Shown here: positions 20,499-35,500 of the stretch, piece by piece
Position numbering within the stretch: position 1 is the stretch's first letter
Layout: each line of letters opens with the position of its first letter
Origin: Rickettsiales bacterium
Lineage (GTDB): Bacteria; Pseudomonadota; Alphaproteobacteria; Rickettsiales; SXRF01
Direction of reading: 5' to 3'
DNA: 64,000 nt
Assembly: GCA_041396965.1 (NCBI GenBank)
Contig: JAWKXN010000001.1
Coordinates: 1,961,679-2,025,678, forward strand
Notes under the pieces: model-generated
The model's input: only the letters and a program-made list of their open reading frames with translations
What the model was told of the DNA's origin: nothing
Databases searched by the model: none
Made by a program: the position numbers and the translations under genes

Positions 20499-21152
20499 TC
20501 AAAGACCTTCCACAAATCCGGCAAGACCTTCCTGACGAACTCTTTTTAAGCGTTCCGCCCGCAAGATACTATCTATTTTCGTGTGGGTTTCCTCTATATC
20601 CTGATTCACTAGGACATAATCATATTCCTGCCAGTGACTTATCTCAGCTCTTGCCTTACTCATTCGCTTCTGCACTACCTCATCAGAATCCTGAGCGCGC
20701 GCGCGCAATCTGCGCTCAAGCTCTACCATTGATGGTGGAAGTATAAAAACACTCACCACATCATCAGGCTTTTTACTTACAAGCTGCTTGGTTCCCTGCC
20801 AGTCAATATCAAACAGAACATCCGTTCCCTTACCTATATGCTCACTGACAAACTTCTCGGGCGTGCCGTAATAATGGTCAAAAACTCTGGCATGCTCCAG
20901 CAATTCATTATTTGCGACCATCTCATTATATCTGGCTTCATCTATAAAAAAATAATCCTTACCATCAATCTCGCCAGAGCGTATAGCTCTAGTAGTAACC
21001 GACACAGACATCACTATAGACTCATGCTCATCAGCGTCTTTATATCTTTCAATAAGTCTACGTGATAACGTAGTCTTTCCAGCGCCTGATGGTGAGGAAA
21101 GTATAAATAACAAACCACGCCGCGCGCGCTCAATTCTCGCATGTAACCGCAT
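20499..21152 (-). CDS. gmk: Guanylate kinase
   Basis: P-loop SSPSGAGKTT, with typical length and arrangement. Confidence 0.9.
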   Translation of the reverse strand: MRLHARIERARRGLLFILSSPSGAGKTTLSRRLIERYKDADEHESIVMSVSVTTRAIRSGEIDGKDYFFIDEARYNEMVANNELLEHARVFDHYYGTPEKFVSEHIGKGTDVLFDIDWQGTKQLVSKKPDDVVSVFILPPSMVELERRLRARAQDSDEVVQKRMSKARAEISHWQEYDYVLVNQDIEETHTKIDSILRAERLKRVRQEGLAGFVEGL

Positions 21153-21167
21153 ATTATTTCCAGCAAT

Positions 21168-21773
21168 CTAGTTAAGTAAAATTTTTATAGAATTAACAAG
21201 TTCCTCTGTTTTAACATTATAAGGAAAGTGTTTTACATATTCTCCATTTTTATCCATCAAATAAACATAGCCAGAATGATTTACCATATAATCATCCCCT
21301 TTGTCGCTATCAACCTTAGCGAAATATGTTTTATACACATCCGCTACCTTGCTTATTTGCTCATCAGAGCCAGTAAGGCCGATTATCCGCTTATCAATAT
21401 TCCCCAAATATTCTTTTAATACTTCCTGAGTATCTCTTTTAGGATCAACGGTAATGAATATGGGAGCTACCATATCCGCTTTATCACCAAGAGATTCCAT
21501 AACACTAGCAAAGGTAGCGGCGGTGACCGGACATATGTCAGGACAATGAGTAAAACCAAAGAATACCAGCATCACCTGCCCACGAAAATCTTTGTCACCC
21601 ACCACATTACCATCTTGATTTATAAGATAAAATTCACCTCCTATAAACGCTTTCTCTTTATTGGAGCTACCTGCAACAGCCGTATTATTAATATTTTTAT
21701 TCTTGGTCACAAACAAAGTAAAAGAAGTAAATAATAACAATAAAACAACCAATGAGAACAAAAATTTTATCAT
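21168..21773 (-). CDS. SCO1/SenC family copper chaperone (thioredoxin fold)
   Basis: N-terminal TM anchor and the FGFTHCPDICP CxxxC motif. Confidence 0.85.
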   Translation of the reverse strand: MIKFLFSLVVLLLLFTSFTLFVTKNKNINNTAVAGSSNKEKAFIGGEFYLINQDGNVVGDKDFRGQVMLVFFGFTHCPDICPVTAATFASVMESLGDKADMVAPIFITVDPKRDTQEVLKEYLGNIDKRIIGLTGSDEQISKVADVYKTYFAKVDSDKGDDYMVNHSGYVYLMDKNGEYVKHFPYNVKTEELVNSIKILLN

Positions 21774-21884
21774 AAATCAACCTCTTACAAGAAAAAATGC
21801 TTAACAAATCACGTCATATTACTTGCGCCGATAACATAAATATGTTAATATTTTATTTATGTTAACTGTATAAAATGTAATTAT

Positions 21885-22595
21885 ATGTTTACTCCTATTA
21901 GTAGCATAACAGCGACCACCGTGTCATCAACTTTGGCATTATCTCCACTGCCAAATAGCAGTAGCTTTGCCGTAAATAGTAACAGCATTATTCCCGCCGA
22001 CATAGTTCAGAATCATGTAAACAGCACCAACAGGAATAAAGCTGTTAATATAAAAAACTCTTCAGAAAACAGTTTTCCAACTAATGAATCAACAAATAAC
22101 TACGCTCCAAGAATAGCGAACAATAATAATTATCTAACACCTAGCAATTCACGAGCTATATTTCTCACACAACTTGCCAGCGGTGATATATCTCCTGAAA
22201 TACAAGGTATATTCGCGCAATATAACAAACTGATAAGTTATGCCAATGTAAAATACAAACCAAGTAACGCTGGCAAACCAAACATTGACCCTAACAGCAT
22301 ATTCAGCCTGTTATTGAGGCAAAAGGACAACTCACCTAGCGTAAATATCACCCAAAAACCTCAAGCCACACAGATAAATAGTATCGTTAAAATTAATTAC
22401 ACAGCTAATACTGATGATACGCAAAATGCTGAAACTGACATAGTGCTGGACTCAGCTTCCATAATTAATTTTCTTAGTAATAACGAAAACGAAACAAATA
22501 CGGAAACAAATAAATTCTCAGCGAGAATAAATCCGTATGTTGAGACTATAATTAGAAATAATAATATTCCACCATCTAATGTACAAATAGCCTAA
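21885..22595 (+). CDS. Hypothetical Asn/Ser/Thr-rich low-complexity protein
   Basis: Long ORF in an otherwise empty interval. Composition is strongly biased and there is no motif. Confidence 0.35.
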   Translation: MFTPISSITATTVSSTLALSPLPNSSSFAVNSNSIIPADIVQNHVNSTNRNKAVNIKNSSENSFPTNESTNNYAPRIANNNNYLTPSNSRAIFLTQLASGDISPEIQGIFAQYNKLISYANVKYKPSNAGKPNIDPNSIFSLLLRQKDNSPSVNITQKPQATQINSIVKINYTANTDDTQNAETDIVLDSASIINFLSNNENETNTETNKFSARINPYVETIIRNNNIPPSNVQIA

Positions 22596-22644
22596 AAATT
22601 GGCAAAGTACTTTCTTGACTCATAATAGACAAACGGCTATCAGG

Positions 22645-23256
22645 TTATATATCTTTTCTATAAACCCAAACATGAGCAGGTGGCACATTCATAAAAACCA
22701 TTTTAACCCGCCTTCCCGTAAGCCCATATTTTTTCATTTCGCTATAACTTATGGGTGACTTGTGACCGTAAGTAAACTGTATTATAATACCATCATCACC
22801 AATAACCTTTGCCATCTGCTCCTGAATTGAATGACGAACCGCGACCGGCATAGTAATAAATGGAAGGCTAGATACTATAGCGTTTACCTTCCCCATACCA
22901 TACTTGCATATTACCTTTTCTAACTCCGAAGCGTCTTCACAGACAACTTTTAAGTTACTAAATATAGCGTGTAACAATCCAAATAACTTTTTATCCCGCT
23001 CAATAACCAATACACGTTCACGCGGTATATCTGCCTCAAGCAATGCCTGAGTTACCATTCCGGTACCGGCTCCCACTTCTATAATAGAGCCTTCTCTTGC
23101 TGTATCTATTTGTGCGGCCATCGCTCTAGCAAGCGACCTAGAACTCGGAAGAACAGCCCCCATTTTAAGTGGAGAACGCAGCCACGCCGCTATAAAATGA
23201 TGTCTAAGACGACGATGTTTTACCTTATCATATTCACTGCTCATTTGCCGCTGCAT
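22645..23256 (-). CDS. Class I SAM-dependent methyltransferase (COG3963 phospholipid N-methyltransferase-like)
   Basis: FIAAWLRSPLKMGAVLPSS N-terminal signature and the EVGAGTG SAM motif. Confidence 0.65.
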   Translation of the reverse strand: MQRQMSSEYDKVKHRRLRHHFIAAWLRSPLKMGAVLPSSRSLARAMAAQIDTAREGSIIEVGAGTGMVTQALLEADIPRERVLVIERDKKLFGLLHAIFSNLKVVCEDASELEKVICKYGMGKVNAIVSSLPFITMPVAVRHSIQEQMAKVIGDDGIIIQFTYGHKSPISYSEMKKYGLTGRRVKMVFMNVPPAHVWVYRKDI

Positions 23257-24103
23257 TTTTTATCTGCCTCACTGCTGTTTCTATTTTCAGCTTCAGAAGA
23301 TACCTTCCATACTCCGCTGATGCAAGTGTAGAATCACCAGTAGAACCGACATTATTAAAATCACGTATAGTGTACTTACCAACAAGTTCTTTACGCACCC
23401 CATCTTCATCTATCGCCATCAGTTCGGAAGTATCCTCAAAACCAGCATGAGTGTTATAGTCTTGAAGCGGAACATTATGCTTTTTTATCCACTCACTCTG
23501 ACCGTTATTATCATAATAATCAGAAACTTGTAAAACATTAACTCCCTTATCTTTCCATTTATTTGAAAGATCTGCCGCCAGTTCTACCTGAACCGCTTGG
23601 TTACCGCCAGAGTCACCGATAAAACATATAAGCTTAAAACCATGCTGTTTAAGGCTAGCAGCTATATCCTCAAGCAACATCCGATAAGTCTGTTCACGCA
23701 GTGAAAAAGTACCTGCGAATTTCATATGTCCTTGCGGTGGGTTTATGTTCCCTTCAGGAACGTATTTAACCACTGGCGCGACCAAAGCGTTACCAAGCTC
23801 TTTTGCTATTTCACCAGCGGTATAGCGCACTATTATATTATGCTTACCGATTATCATATGCCGCCCATTCTGCTCACTGCCACCAGTTGGGATAATTACT
23901 GTGGTCATACCAGAATCAATTTTCTTTCTTACCTCTGGTGAGGTCATCCGCTCTATATATACCTCATCATCAACCCGTATATCCGCATCAATTACCCTGC
24001 TACTATTCTTATCAATAGTGGCAAAAGACTGGTGGTTAATGAACGCTATTACGGAAAACCCACAAAGAAATAGGAAAAAAACTTTTTTATATAAGCTATT
24101 CAT
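23234..24103 (-). CDS. Creatininase-family amidohydrolase with a predicted signal peptide
   Basis: IIPTGGSEQNGRHM resembles the creatininase metal-binding segment. The N-terminal hydrophobic leader ends ..HQSFA. Confidence 0.6.
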   Translation of the reverse strand: MNSLYKKVFFLFLCGFSVIAFINHQSFATIDKNSSRVIDADIRVDDEVYIERMTSPEVRKKIDSGMTTVIIPTGGSEQNGRHMIIGKHNIIVRYTAGEIAKELGNALVAPVVKYVPEGNINPPQGHMKFAGTFSLREQTYRMLLEDIAASLKQHGFKLICFIGDSGGNQAVQVELAADLSNKWKDKGVNVLQVSDYYDNNGQSEWIKKHNVPLQDYNTHAGFEDTSELMAIDEDGVRKELVGKYTIRDFNNVGSTGDSTLASAEYGRYLLKLKIETAVRQIKNAAANEQ

Positions 24104-24246
24104 ATATTATACTCATTATGAATAAAACTATTACATAATTTTATTCAATTTTACGTTTGCTCCGCATCAGAAAACCTTGTCTTGCGGATAAGGTTTTCGT
24201 ACTTATTTTGGATAAAAATATAAAAAACTAACCACGATATATTATC

Positions 24247-24873
24247 ATGAATAAACAAAAAACCGAAGAAATATTCAAGCGCCTAAGTGATAAAGAGCCA
24301 TCACCAAAAACCGAACTATACTACACTAATGAATATACTTTGCTGGTCGCTATAGTTCTTTCCGCTCAGGCGACCGACGCTGGAGTAAATAAAGCTACTC
24401 CCTCTTTATTTTTGGTAGCTGATACCCCACAAAAAATGGTGGATCTTGGTGAAAAGCGACTAAAAGAACATATAAAAACTATCGGACTTTTTAATAGTAA
24501 AGCTAACAATATAATTTTACTCAGTAAGAGACTTATTGATGAATTTAACGGCAAAATCCCACACTCACTTAATGAGCTAATGAGTTTAGCCGGTGTTGGC
24601 AGAAAAACCGCTAATGTCTGGCTAAATTGCGCCTTAGGCATGCCAACTATCGCCGTTGATACTCATGTATTCCGTGTAGCGAATAGGCTAGGCTTATGTA
24701 AAACTAAAACCGCCAATGCCACCGAATACGCCCTTGATAAAGTAATCCCCAAAAAATGGAAACAACACGCCCACCACTGGCTTATACTGCATGGTCGTTA
24801 CACCTGCAAAGCCCGCAAGCCGCTATGCGATAAATGTGAGTTAAACGATTTATGTAAATCAGCGTTTTTATAG
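24247..24873 (+). CDS. nth: Endonuclease III
   Basis: HhH-GPD (LMSLAGVGRKTANV), catalytic Lys/Asp context, and a C-terminal 4Fe-4S cluster (C..C..C..C). Confidence 0.95.
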   Translation: MNKQKTEEIFKRLSDKEPSPKTELYYTNEYTLLVAIVLSAQATDAGVNKATPSLFLVADTPQKMVDLGEKRLKEHIKTIGLFNSKANNIILLSKRLIDEFNGKIPHSLNELMSLAGVGRKTANVWLNCALGMPTIAVDTHVFRVANRLGLCKTKTANATEYALDKVIPKKWKQHAHHWLILHGRYTCKARKPLCDKCELNDLCKSAFL

Positions 24874-24902
24874 CAGCACCAATATAACTAAACCATTAAC
24901 AC

Positions 24903-25886
24903 TTACTCTTTTAACAACCCCTTCTCACGGTAATATTTCACGGCACCAAGATGCAACGGCGCGACATTGTCATTAGCTACCATGTTCTTCATATCAAGAG
25001 TTGTAAAAACTGGGTGTAATGTTTTGAAATTATCCAAGTTTTCAAATACCGCTTTTACTATCTCATACGCCGCTTCCTCATCTAAGTCAGCCGACGCTAC
25101 AAGCAAAGCCCGCACCCCAAAAGTCTTAATATTCTCAAGATTAGCGCTATACATACCAGAAGGGATTACTTCCTCACTATAAAACGGATTATCCTTGACC
25201 ATCATATCTATATCATGTTGTCCAATTCCAACCAGTTTAGCTGAACACAAAGAAGCGGCTTCCTGAAGAATTCCATTGGGATGACCACCAGCGTAAATTA
25301 TAGCGTCAACCTTGCCTTGACACAAAGCGCTGCCCTGTTTTCCCGCTCTTAGATTTATAATACTCGCGAATTTTCTTTTATTAAAACCTTTTTTCTCTAT
25401 CAACTCATCCATAGCTGCGCGCATACCAGAACCAAGAGAGCCTGTATAAATTTTCTTTCCCCTAAGATCATCAAACGACTTAATCCCCGACTGTTTCCGA
25501 GCTAAAATAGTAAAAGGCTCAGAATGAAGCGATAGTAAAACCCGAAGATTTTTATCACTACCAACATCAGCGAATACGCCCTTTCCATTATAAGCGTAAT
25601 ACAGCAAATCAGACTGGACTATGCCAAGCTCAATATCTTTATTATGAATCGCCTCAAGATTAGCTATTGACCCACCTGTTGATTCAACGGCACAACGTAT
25701 ATTATGTTCTTTACGTCCACGATTCACCATCCGGCATATAGCACCCCCAGCAGGATAGTAAACGCCGGTTACTCCGGCAGTGCCAATGGTAATATCCTTC
25801 TCTACCGCGTAAACAGCAGAAATATCAATAAATACAGCAAGAAAAGCAGAAAAAGACGCAACAAGGAATTTCCTTTTTGAAAACAT
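24903..25886 (-). CDS. TAXI-family TRAP transporter solute-binding protein; no adjacent permease gene
   Basis: Signal peptide and a TAXI-like signature (IGTAGVTGVYYPAGGAIC). Confidence 0.75.
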   Translation of the reverse strand: MFSKRKFLVASFSAFLAVFIDISAVYAVEKDITIGTAGVTGVYYPAGGAICRMVNRGRKEHNIRCAVESTGGSIANLEAIHNKDIELGIVQSDLLYYAYNGKGVFADVGSDKNLRVLLSLHSEPFTILARKQSGIKSFDDLRGKKIYTGSLGSGMRAAMDELIEKKGFNKRKFASIINLRAGKQGSALCQGKVDAIIYAGGHPNGILQEAASLCSAKLVGIGQHDIDMMVKDNPFYSEEVIPSGMYSANLENIKTFGVRALLVASADLDEEAAYEIVKAVFENLDNFKTLHPVFTTLDMKNMVANDNVAPLHLGAVKYYREKGLLKE

Positions 25887-25984
25887 AAAAACCCGTAACT
25901 AACCATATGATAATTTATATATGGGAATCATGATAACAAAAATAAACCCTCAGCACAAGAAGGTCTATAGGCTATGGTCAAATA

Positions 25985-26680
25985 TTATACCAGCACAGCG
26001 CTCTTTTTACGTCTTTTATCCACATACATGGACATATCAGCGGAGGAAAGCGCCGACTCCGCGTCATCACCAGAGCGTACCGAATAGCATCCATAAGAGG
26101 TTTTCACATATAGCTGAGTTCCATTAAAAATAAACGGTGTGCCAGACAGCTTCTCAGCTATTTTCTTTCCTCTTGATTTAGCGGAGCTCTCATCCGCGTA
26201 ATACATAATAACCGCGAACTCATCTCCCCCGATCCGTGCCAGAAAGTCAGAATCCCGCATGATAGATGACAATATCTGCGCTACATGAATAATAGCCAGA
26301 TCCCCAGCGGCATGCCCATAATCATCGTTAATTGCCTTAAAATCATCTAAGTCAAAATATAAAATAGTTGATGGATGCCCATAACGCTCTTGCATATTAA
26401 TCGCCCAAGAAAGACGGCGCATAAAAGCCCGCCTGTTGGCAATCGGAGCGACACAATCAACATCCACCAAACGTTCTATTTCAGAGAGATTTTCTTTAGT
26501 TCTGGATAAATCCCTGCTTAAATCATCCATTTTTTCCAACAAAGCTGATATGACCAAACGTACATTATCCGTAATCTCTTCAGCGGGAATTCCAAGAGAT
26601 TCAATACGTTGAGCGAGAATATTCCTGCGAGATGGAGATAGTTTTTTTACAGATTTCACTTCATCAACAATACTACTCAT
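25985..26680 (-). CDS. Diguanylate cyclase (GGDEF domain) with an N-terminal coiled coil
   Basis: GGDEF active site (RIGGDEFAVI) with an RxxD I-site five residues upstream (RDSD). Confidence 0.85.
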   Translation of the reverse strand: MSSIVDEVKSVKKLSPSRRNILAQRIESLGIPAEEITDNVRLVISALLEKMDDLSRDLSRTKENLSEIERLVDVDCVAPIANRRAFMRRLSWAINMQERYGHPSTILYFDLDDFKAINDDYGHAAGDLAIIHVAQILSSIMRDSDFLARIGGDEFAVIMYYADESSAKSRGKKIAEKLSGTPFIFNGTQLYVKTSYGCYSVRSGDDAESALSSADMSMYVDKRRKKSAVLV

Positions 26681-26871
26681 GCCAAAACTCTAATCCAAAA
26701 ATATTAAAATGATCGGTATAACGCTAAGCTAACAGCAAAATGATAAATGTAAATATCTTTCAAACGCTAAATTACATTTAGCATAGTTTACACAGTTTAT
26801 AGCTCACCGCGAAGAAAGTTTGTAAAATTTAACCATTTACAATATTGTAAGCCAACTATACAATTAACACT

Positions 26872-27480
26872 ATGTTAAAGTTTTTCAATAAAAGCAGGCT
26901 AATAAAATTAGAATCTTTTTTAGAAGACACCATTCCAATTGCTAATAGCAAGTTCAAAAATATTGGTGAATATTATCAAGCCATATGCAAACGTCATAAT
27001 ATTATCAATGCCCCGAAAATAGTTGTAAAAAAAGACTTTCCATTTAGTGGTGCTGTTACCGAATATAATACAATAGTATTAGGTGTACCAAATTTAGATA
27101 TGCTTTCAGATACAGAAAAAAGGGCGGTTGTTATGCACGAGTTAGGTCATATTTTAAGAGGCGACATGGGAAGTTCAAAGAGAGCTTATGAATACGCAGC
27201 CGACCGGCTATCAATCGCCTTACTTGGAAGAAAGTCGCCTATCATATCTGTCATAAATAAAACCCATAAAGTGTTTGAACAAGAAATGATAGAGCTAAAA
27301 AACAGCGAACATCCTATATTTAGGATCATAAGCTACATACTAAAATCAAGGATGGAAAAGACTTACGGCACACATGCTGAAAGAATAGCCAATATAGAAA
27401 GAAGCTCTATCAATATACAAAAAACCAACCTACAAAAATTATTAGAAAAAAGAAGAAACACTCAAGATATACAAAGATAA
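26872..27480 (+). CDS. Soluble M48-like zinc metallopeptidase
   Basis: HExxH in an HtpX-like context (RAVVMHELGHILRGD). No TM segments. Confidence 0.5.
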   Translation: MLKFFNKSRLIKLESFLEDTIPIANSKFKNIGEYYQAICKRHNIINAPKIVVKKDFPFSGAVTEYNTIVLGVPNLDMLSDTEKRAVVMHELGHILRGDMGSSKRAYEYAADRLSIALLGRKSPIISVINKTHKVFEQEMIELKNSEHPIFRIISYILKSRMEKTYGTHAERIANIERSSINIQKTNLQKLLEKRRNTQDIQR

Positions 27481-27496
27481 CTATTTTAATCAATAT

Positions 27497-28201
27497 CTAC
27501 CTAAATAACTCATAAAAGCTAATAGCGGCGGCGTTAGAAACATTAAGACTTTCCATATTTCCTGATATAGGAAGCCTAATAAGCGCGTCACAACGCTCAG
27601 CGGTCAGCCTGCGTAGTCCTCTACCTTCCGCTCCTAAAACCAGTGCTGTTTTCTTATCAAATTTAATTTCAGATATATCCTGCTTTGCCTCGCCATCCAG
27701 CCCATAAATCCAGTATCCCGCCTTCTTGAGTATATCAATAGCTTGCGCCAGATTACCAACTGTAATTAATGGCACTATCTCCAGCGCGCCACTTGCCGCC
27801 TTTGCCATTACTCCACTTTCAGCTGGCGCGTTACGGTCGGTCACTATCACCGCGCCAATATCAAAAGCCGCCGCGCTACGCAGTATAGCGCCAACATTAT
27901 GCGGATCACTTACCTGATCCAGCACCGCGAGTGGTTTATCATAATTTCTCTCTAACCATTCCCGCAAATTAGGCTGGTTAAGCGGTGAACATTCAATAGC
28001 CACTCCCTGATGCACCGCCTCACGTGGCAATATCTCAGAAAGTTTTTTGCCATCAATAATCTGTATATTTTTTACGTTGGAAAACGTTTTTTCCCCAATC
28101 TCATCACACATGGACCTAGTCAGCATTACACGCTTTATCTTACGCGACGGATTAGACATAGCGGCAATAACCGCATGCTTGCCATATAAAAAATGCGCCA
28201 T
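27497..28201 (-). CDS. rlmB: TrmH/SpoU-family RNA 2'-O-methyltransferase (RlmB-like)
   Basis: SPOUT motifs (DPHNVGAILRSA, LVLGAEGRGL, IPISGNMESLNVSNAA). Lies 18 nt downstream of rpoC. Confidence 0.8.
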   Translation of the reverse strand: MAHFLYGKHAVIAAMSNPSRKIKRVMLTRSMCDEIGEKTFSNVKNIQIIDGKKLSEILPREAVHQGVAIECSPLNQPNLREWLERNYDKPLAVLDQVSDPHNVGAILRSAAAFDIGAVIVTDRNAPAESGVMAKAASGALEIVPLITVGNLAQAIDILKKAGYWIYGLDGEAKQDISEIKFDKKTALVLGAEGRGLRRLTAERCDALIRLPISGNMESLNVSNAAAISFYELFR

Positions 28202-28219
28202 AAAAACAACTAATAAAGC

Positions 28220-32520
<4,301 letters not shown>

Positions 32521-32522
32521 TA

Positions 32523-35500
32523 TTATGCCTCTTCCTCAATCAACTCAACATTAAGACCGAGTGAACGCAATTCTTTCACCATAACGTGGAACGACTCCGG
32601 TATACCAGACTCAAAACTATTATCACCACGTACGATAGACTCATATATCTTGCTACGTCCAGCCACGTCATCAGACTTAACAGTAAGCATTTCTTGAAGC
32701 GTATAAGCCGCTCCATAAGCTTGCAGCGCCCAACATTCCATCTCCCCAAAACGCTGACCACCAAACTGTGACTTACCACCAAGCGGCTGCTGAGTAACCA
32801 ACGAGTATGGACCAATAGAGCGAGCATGTATCTTATCATCCACTAAGTGATGAAGCTTAAGCATATAAATATAGCCAACCGTAGTCTTACGATCAAAAGC
32901 GTCTCCAGTACGCCCATCGTAAAGCTGCACCTGCCCAGATGAATCAAGACCAGCTTTCTTCAGCCAGTGAACAACATCATCCTCCTTAGCGCCATCAAAC
33001 ACCGGAGTAGCAAAAGGAATACCCTTCTTAAGATTACCGGCAAGCTCCAGTAATTCATTATCTGACATTTTAGCTATGGATTTTTCCAATTTTTTATCTT
33101 CATAAGTCTCACTGATGAACTCTTTAAGTTTTTTAACAGAAGCCTGTGATTTGTTCTGCTCTTGAATATCCTCAAGCATACCACGTATCTGCCCACCAAT
33201 ACCGGCCGATGCCCAACCCAGATGAGTCTCCAATATCTGTCCAACATTCATCCGTGAAGGCACACCAAGCGGATTAAGCAATATGTCAACTTGTGTCCCA
33301 TCCTCAAGATAAGGCATATCCTCAATCGGTACGATCTTGGACACCACACCCTTGTTACCATGACGACCAGCCATTTTATCACCAGGTTGTAGTTTACGCT
33401 TAACAGCGACAAATACTTTCACCATTTTAAGTACACCCGGCATCAAATCATCACCAGCGCGAACTTTACCAACTTTTTCCTCAAATCTCATATTGATACG
33501 GGAAAGAGCTGAGTCAAGCTGCTTCTTTAGCTGCTCTATCTCATTCATCACCGCATCATCCTTAACGGCGAACTGCCACCATTGACCTTTGCTATACTCC
33601 TTAAGAGTTTCCTCGTTTATATCGCTTCCAATCTTAAATCCTTTAGGACCAGAAGTCGCTTTCTTGGAAAGCAATAATTCACTCATACGACCATAAACAA
33701 AACGCTCAATAATAGCCCGTTCATCATCACGATCCTTAGCTAAACGCTCAATTTCCGCTTTCTCTATAGAAAGAGCGCGCTCATCTTTCTCAATACCACG
33801 ACGGCTAAAAATACGTACTCCAACGATAGTCCCAGCCACACCCGGTGGAAGACGCAGTGAGGAATCACGAACATCAGACGCTTTCTCACCAAATATAGCG
33901 CGTAATAATTTCTCCTCAGAAGTCATTGGTGACTCTGATTTAGGAGTAACTTTACCAACCAAAATATCACCCGGTTTTACTTCCGCGCCAATATGTACAA
34001 CACCAATCTCGTCAAGATTACGCAGCGCTTCCTCACCAACATTCGGAATATCACGGGTTATTTCTTCTGCGCCAAGCTTGGTATCACGCGCCATTACTTC
34101 AAATTCCTCAATGTGAATAGAAGTAAACACATCCTCAGAAACAATCCGTTCAGAAATAAGAATAGAATCCTCAAAATTATATCCATTCCAAGGCATAAAG
34201 GCCACCAACACGTTACGACCCAACGCCAACTCACCAAGATCGGTAGATGGACCATCAGCGATAATATCACCAGCTTTTACCACATCACCAACCACCACCA
34301 AAGGACGTTGGTTAAGACAAGTATTCTGGTTAGAACGGGTAAATTTAATAAGATTGTAAATATCAACACCAGGAGAACCGTCTTCCGACACTTCCGAACT
34401 ACGAATAACTATACGAGTAGCATCCACCTGATCAACCACCCCACTACGACGAGCGATAGTGGTAACTCCAGAATCCTTAGCTACTATTTCCTCCATGCCC
34501 GTACCAACAAGCGGAGCGTCAGAACGCAGTAAAGGAACCGCTTGACGTTGCATGTTAGAGCCCATCAGCGCACGGTTAGCATCATCATTCTCAAGGAAAG
34601 GAATAAGAGCGGCGGCAACCGACACTAATTGTTTTGGCGCTACGTCAATATAATCAATGCGATCCGCGCTTGAAAGCACAAACTCACCATTACAACGGCA
34701 AGAAATCAGATCACCAGTAAATTTATTATTATCATCAACTTCTGAGTTAGCCTGCGCTATAGTATATTTACCTTCCTCAATAGCTGACAGATAAATCACC
34801 TCATTAGTAACCCTACCATTCGTTACCTTACGGTACGGACTTTCAATAAACCCATACTTATTCACTCGTGAATAGGTAGCCATTGAGTTAATAAGCCCAA
34901 TATTCGGTCCCTCAGGAGTTTCAATAGGACATATACGTCCATAATGAGTCGGATGCACGTCACGCACCTCAAAACCAGCGCGCTCACGGGTAAGACCACC
35001 TGGTCCCAACGCTGACAAACGACGCTTATGAGTAATCTCTGAGAGCGGATTAGTCTGATCCATAAATTGTGAAAGCTGACTTGAGCCAAAAAACTCACGA
35101 ATAGCCGCCGCGACAGGTTTAGCGTTAACCAAATCATGCGGCATCACAGTATCAATATCAACACTGGACATACGCTCAACAATAGAACGCTCCATACGCA
35201 ACAAACCAATACGAAACTGGTTTTCCATCAACTCACCAACCGAGCGAACCCTACGATTACCAAGATGGTCAATATCATCAACCTCACCAATACCGTCCTT
35301 AAGACCGACCAACAGCTTGACCGCCCCCACAATATCGTCTTTGGTTAGAACCCCAACATTTTCATCTATAGAAAGATTAAGGCGAGCGTTCATCTTCACC
35401 CTGCCAACATCGGATAAATCATAACGATCCGACTCAAAGAATAGAGAATTGAACAATGCCTCAGCGGCTTCCACAGTAGTCGGCTCACCCGGACGCATAA

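Noticed and set aside
24170-24198. A 9-bp hairpin (gaaaacctt/aaggttttc) between the divergent creatininase-like gene and nth could be a riboswitch or sRNA.
   Set aside because: It is a single short stem with no flanking conserved elements and no gene end to terminate. That is insufficient evidence for more than a chance or operator-like palindrome.
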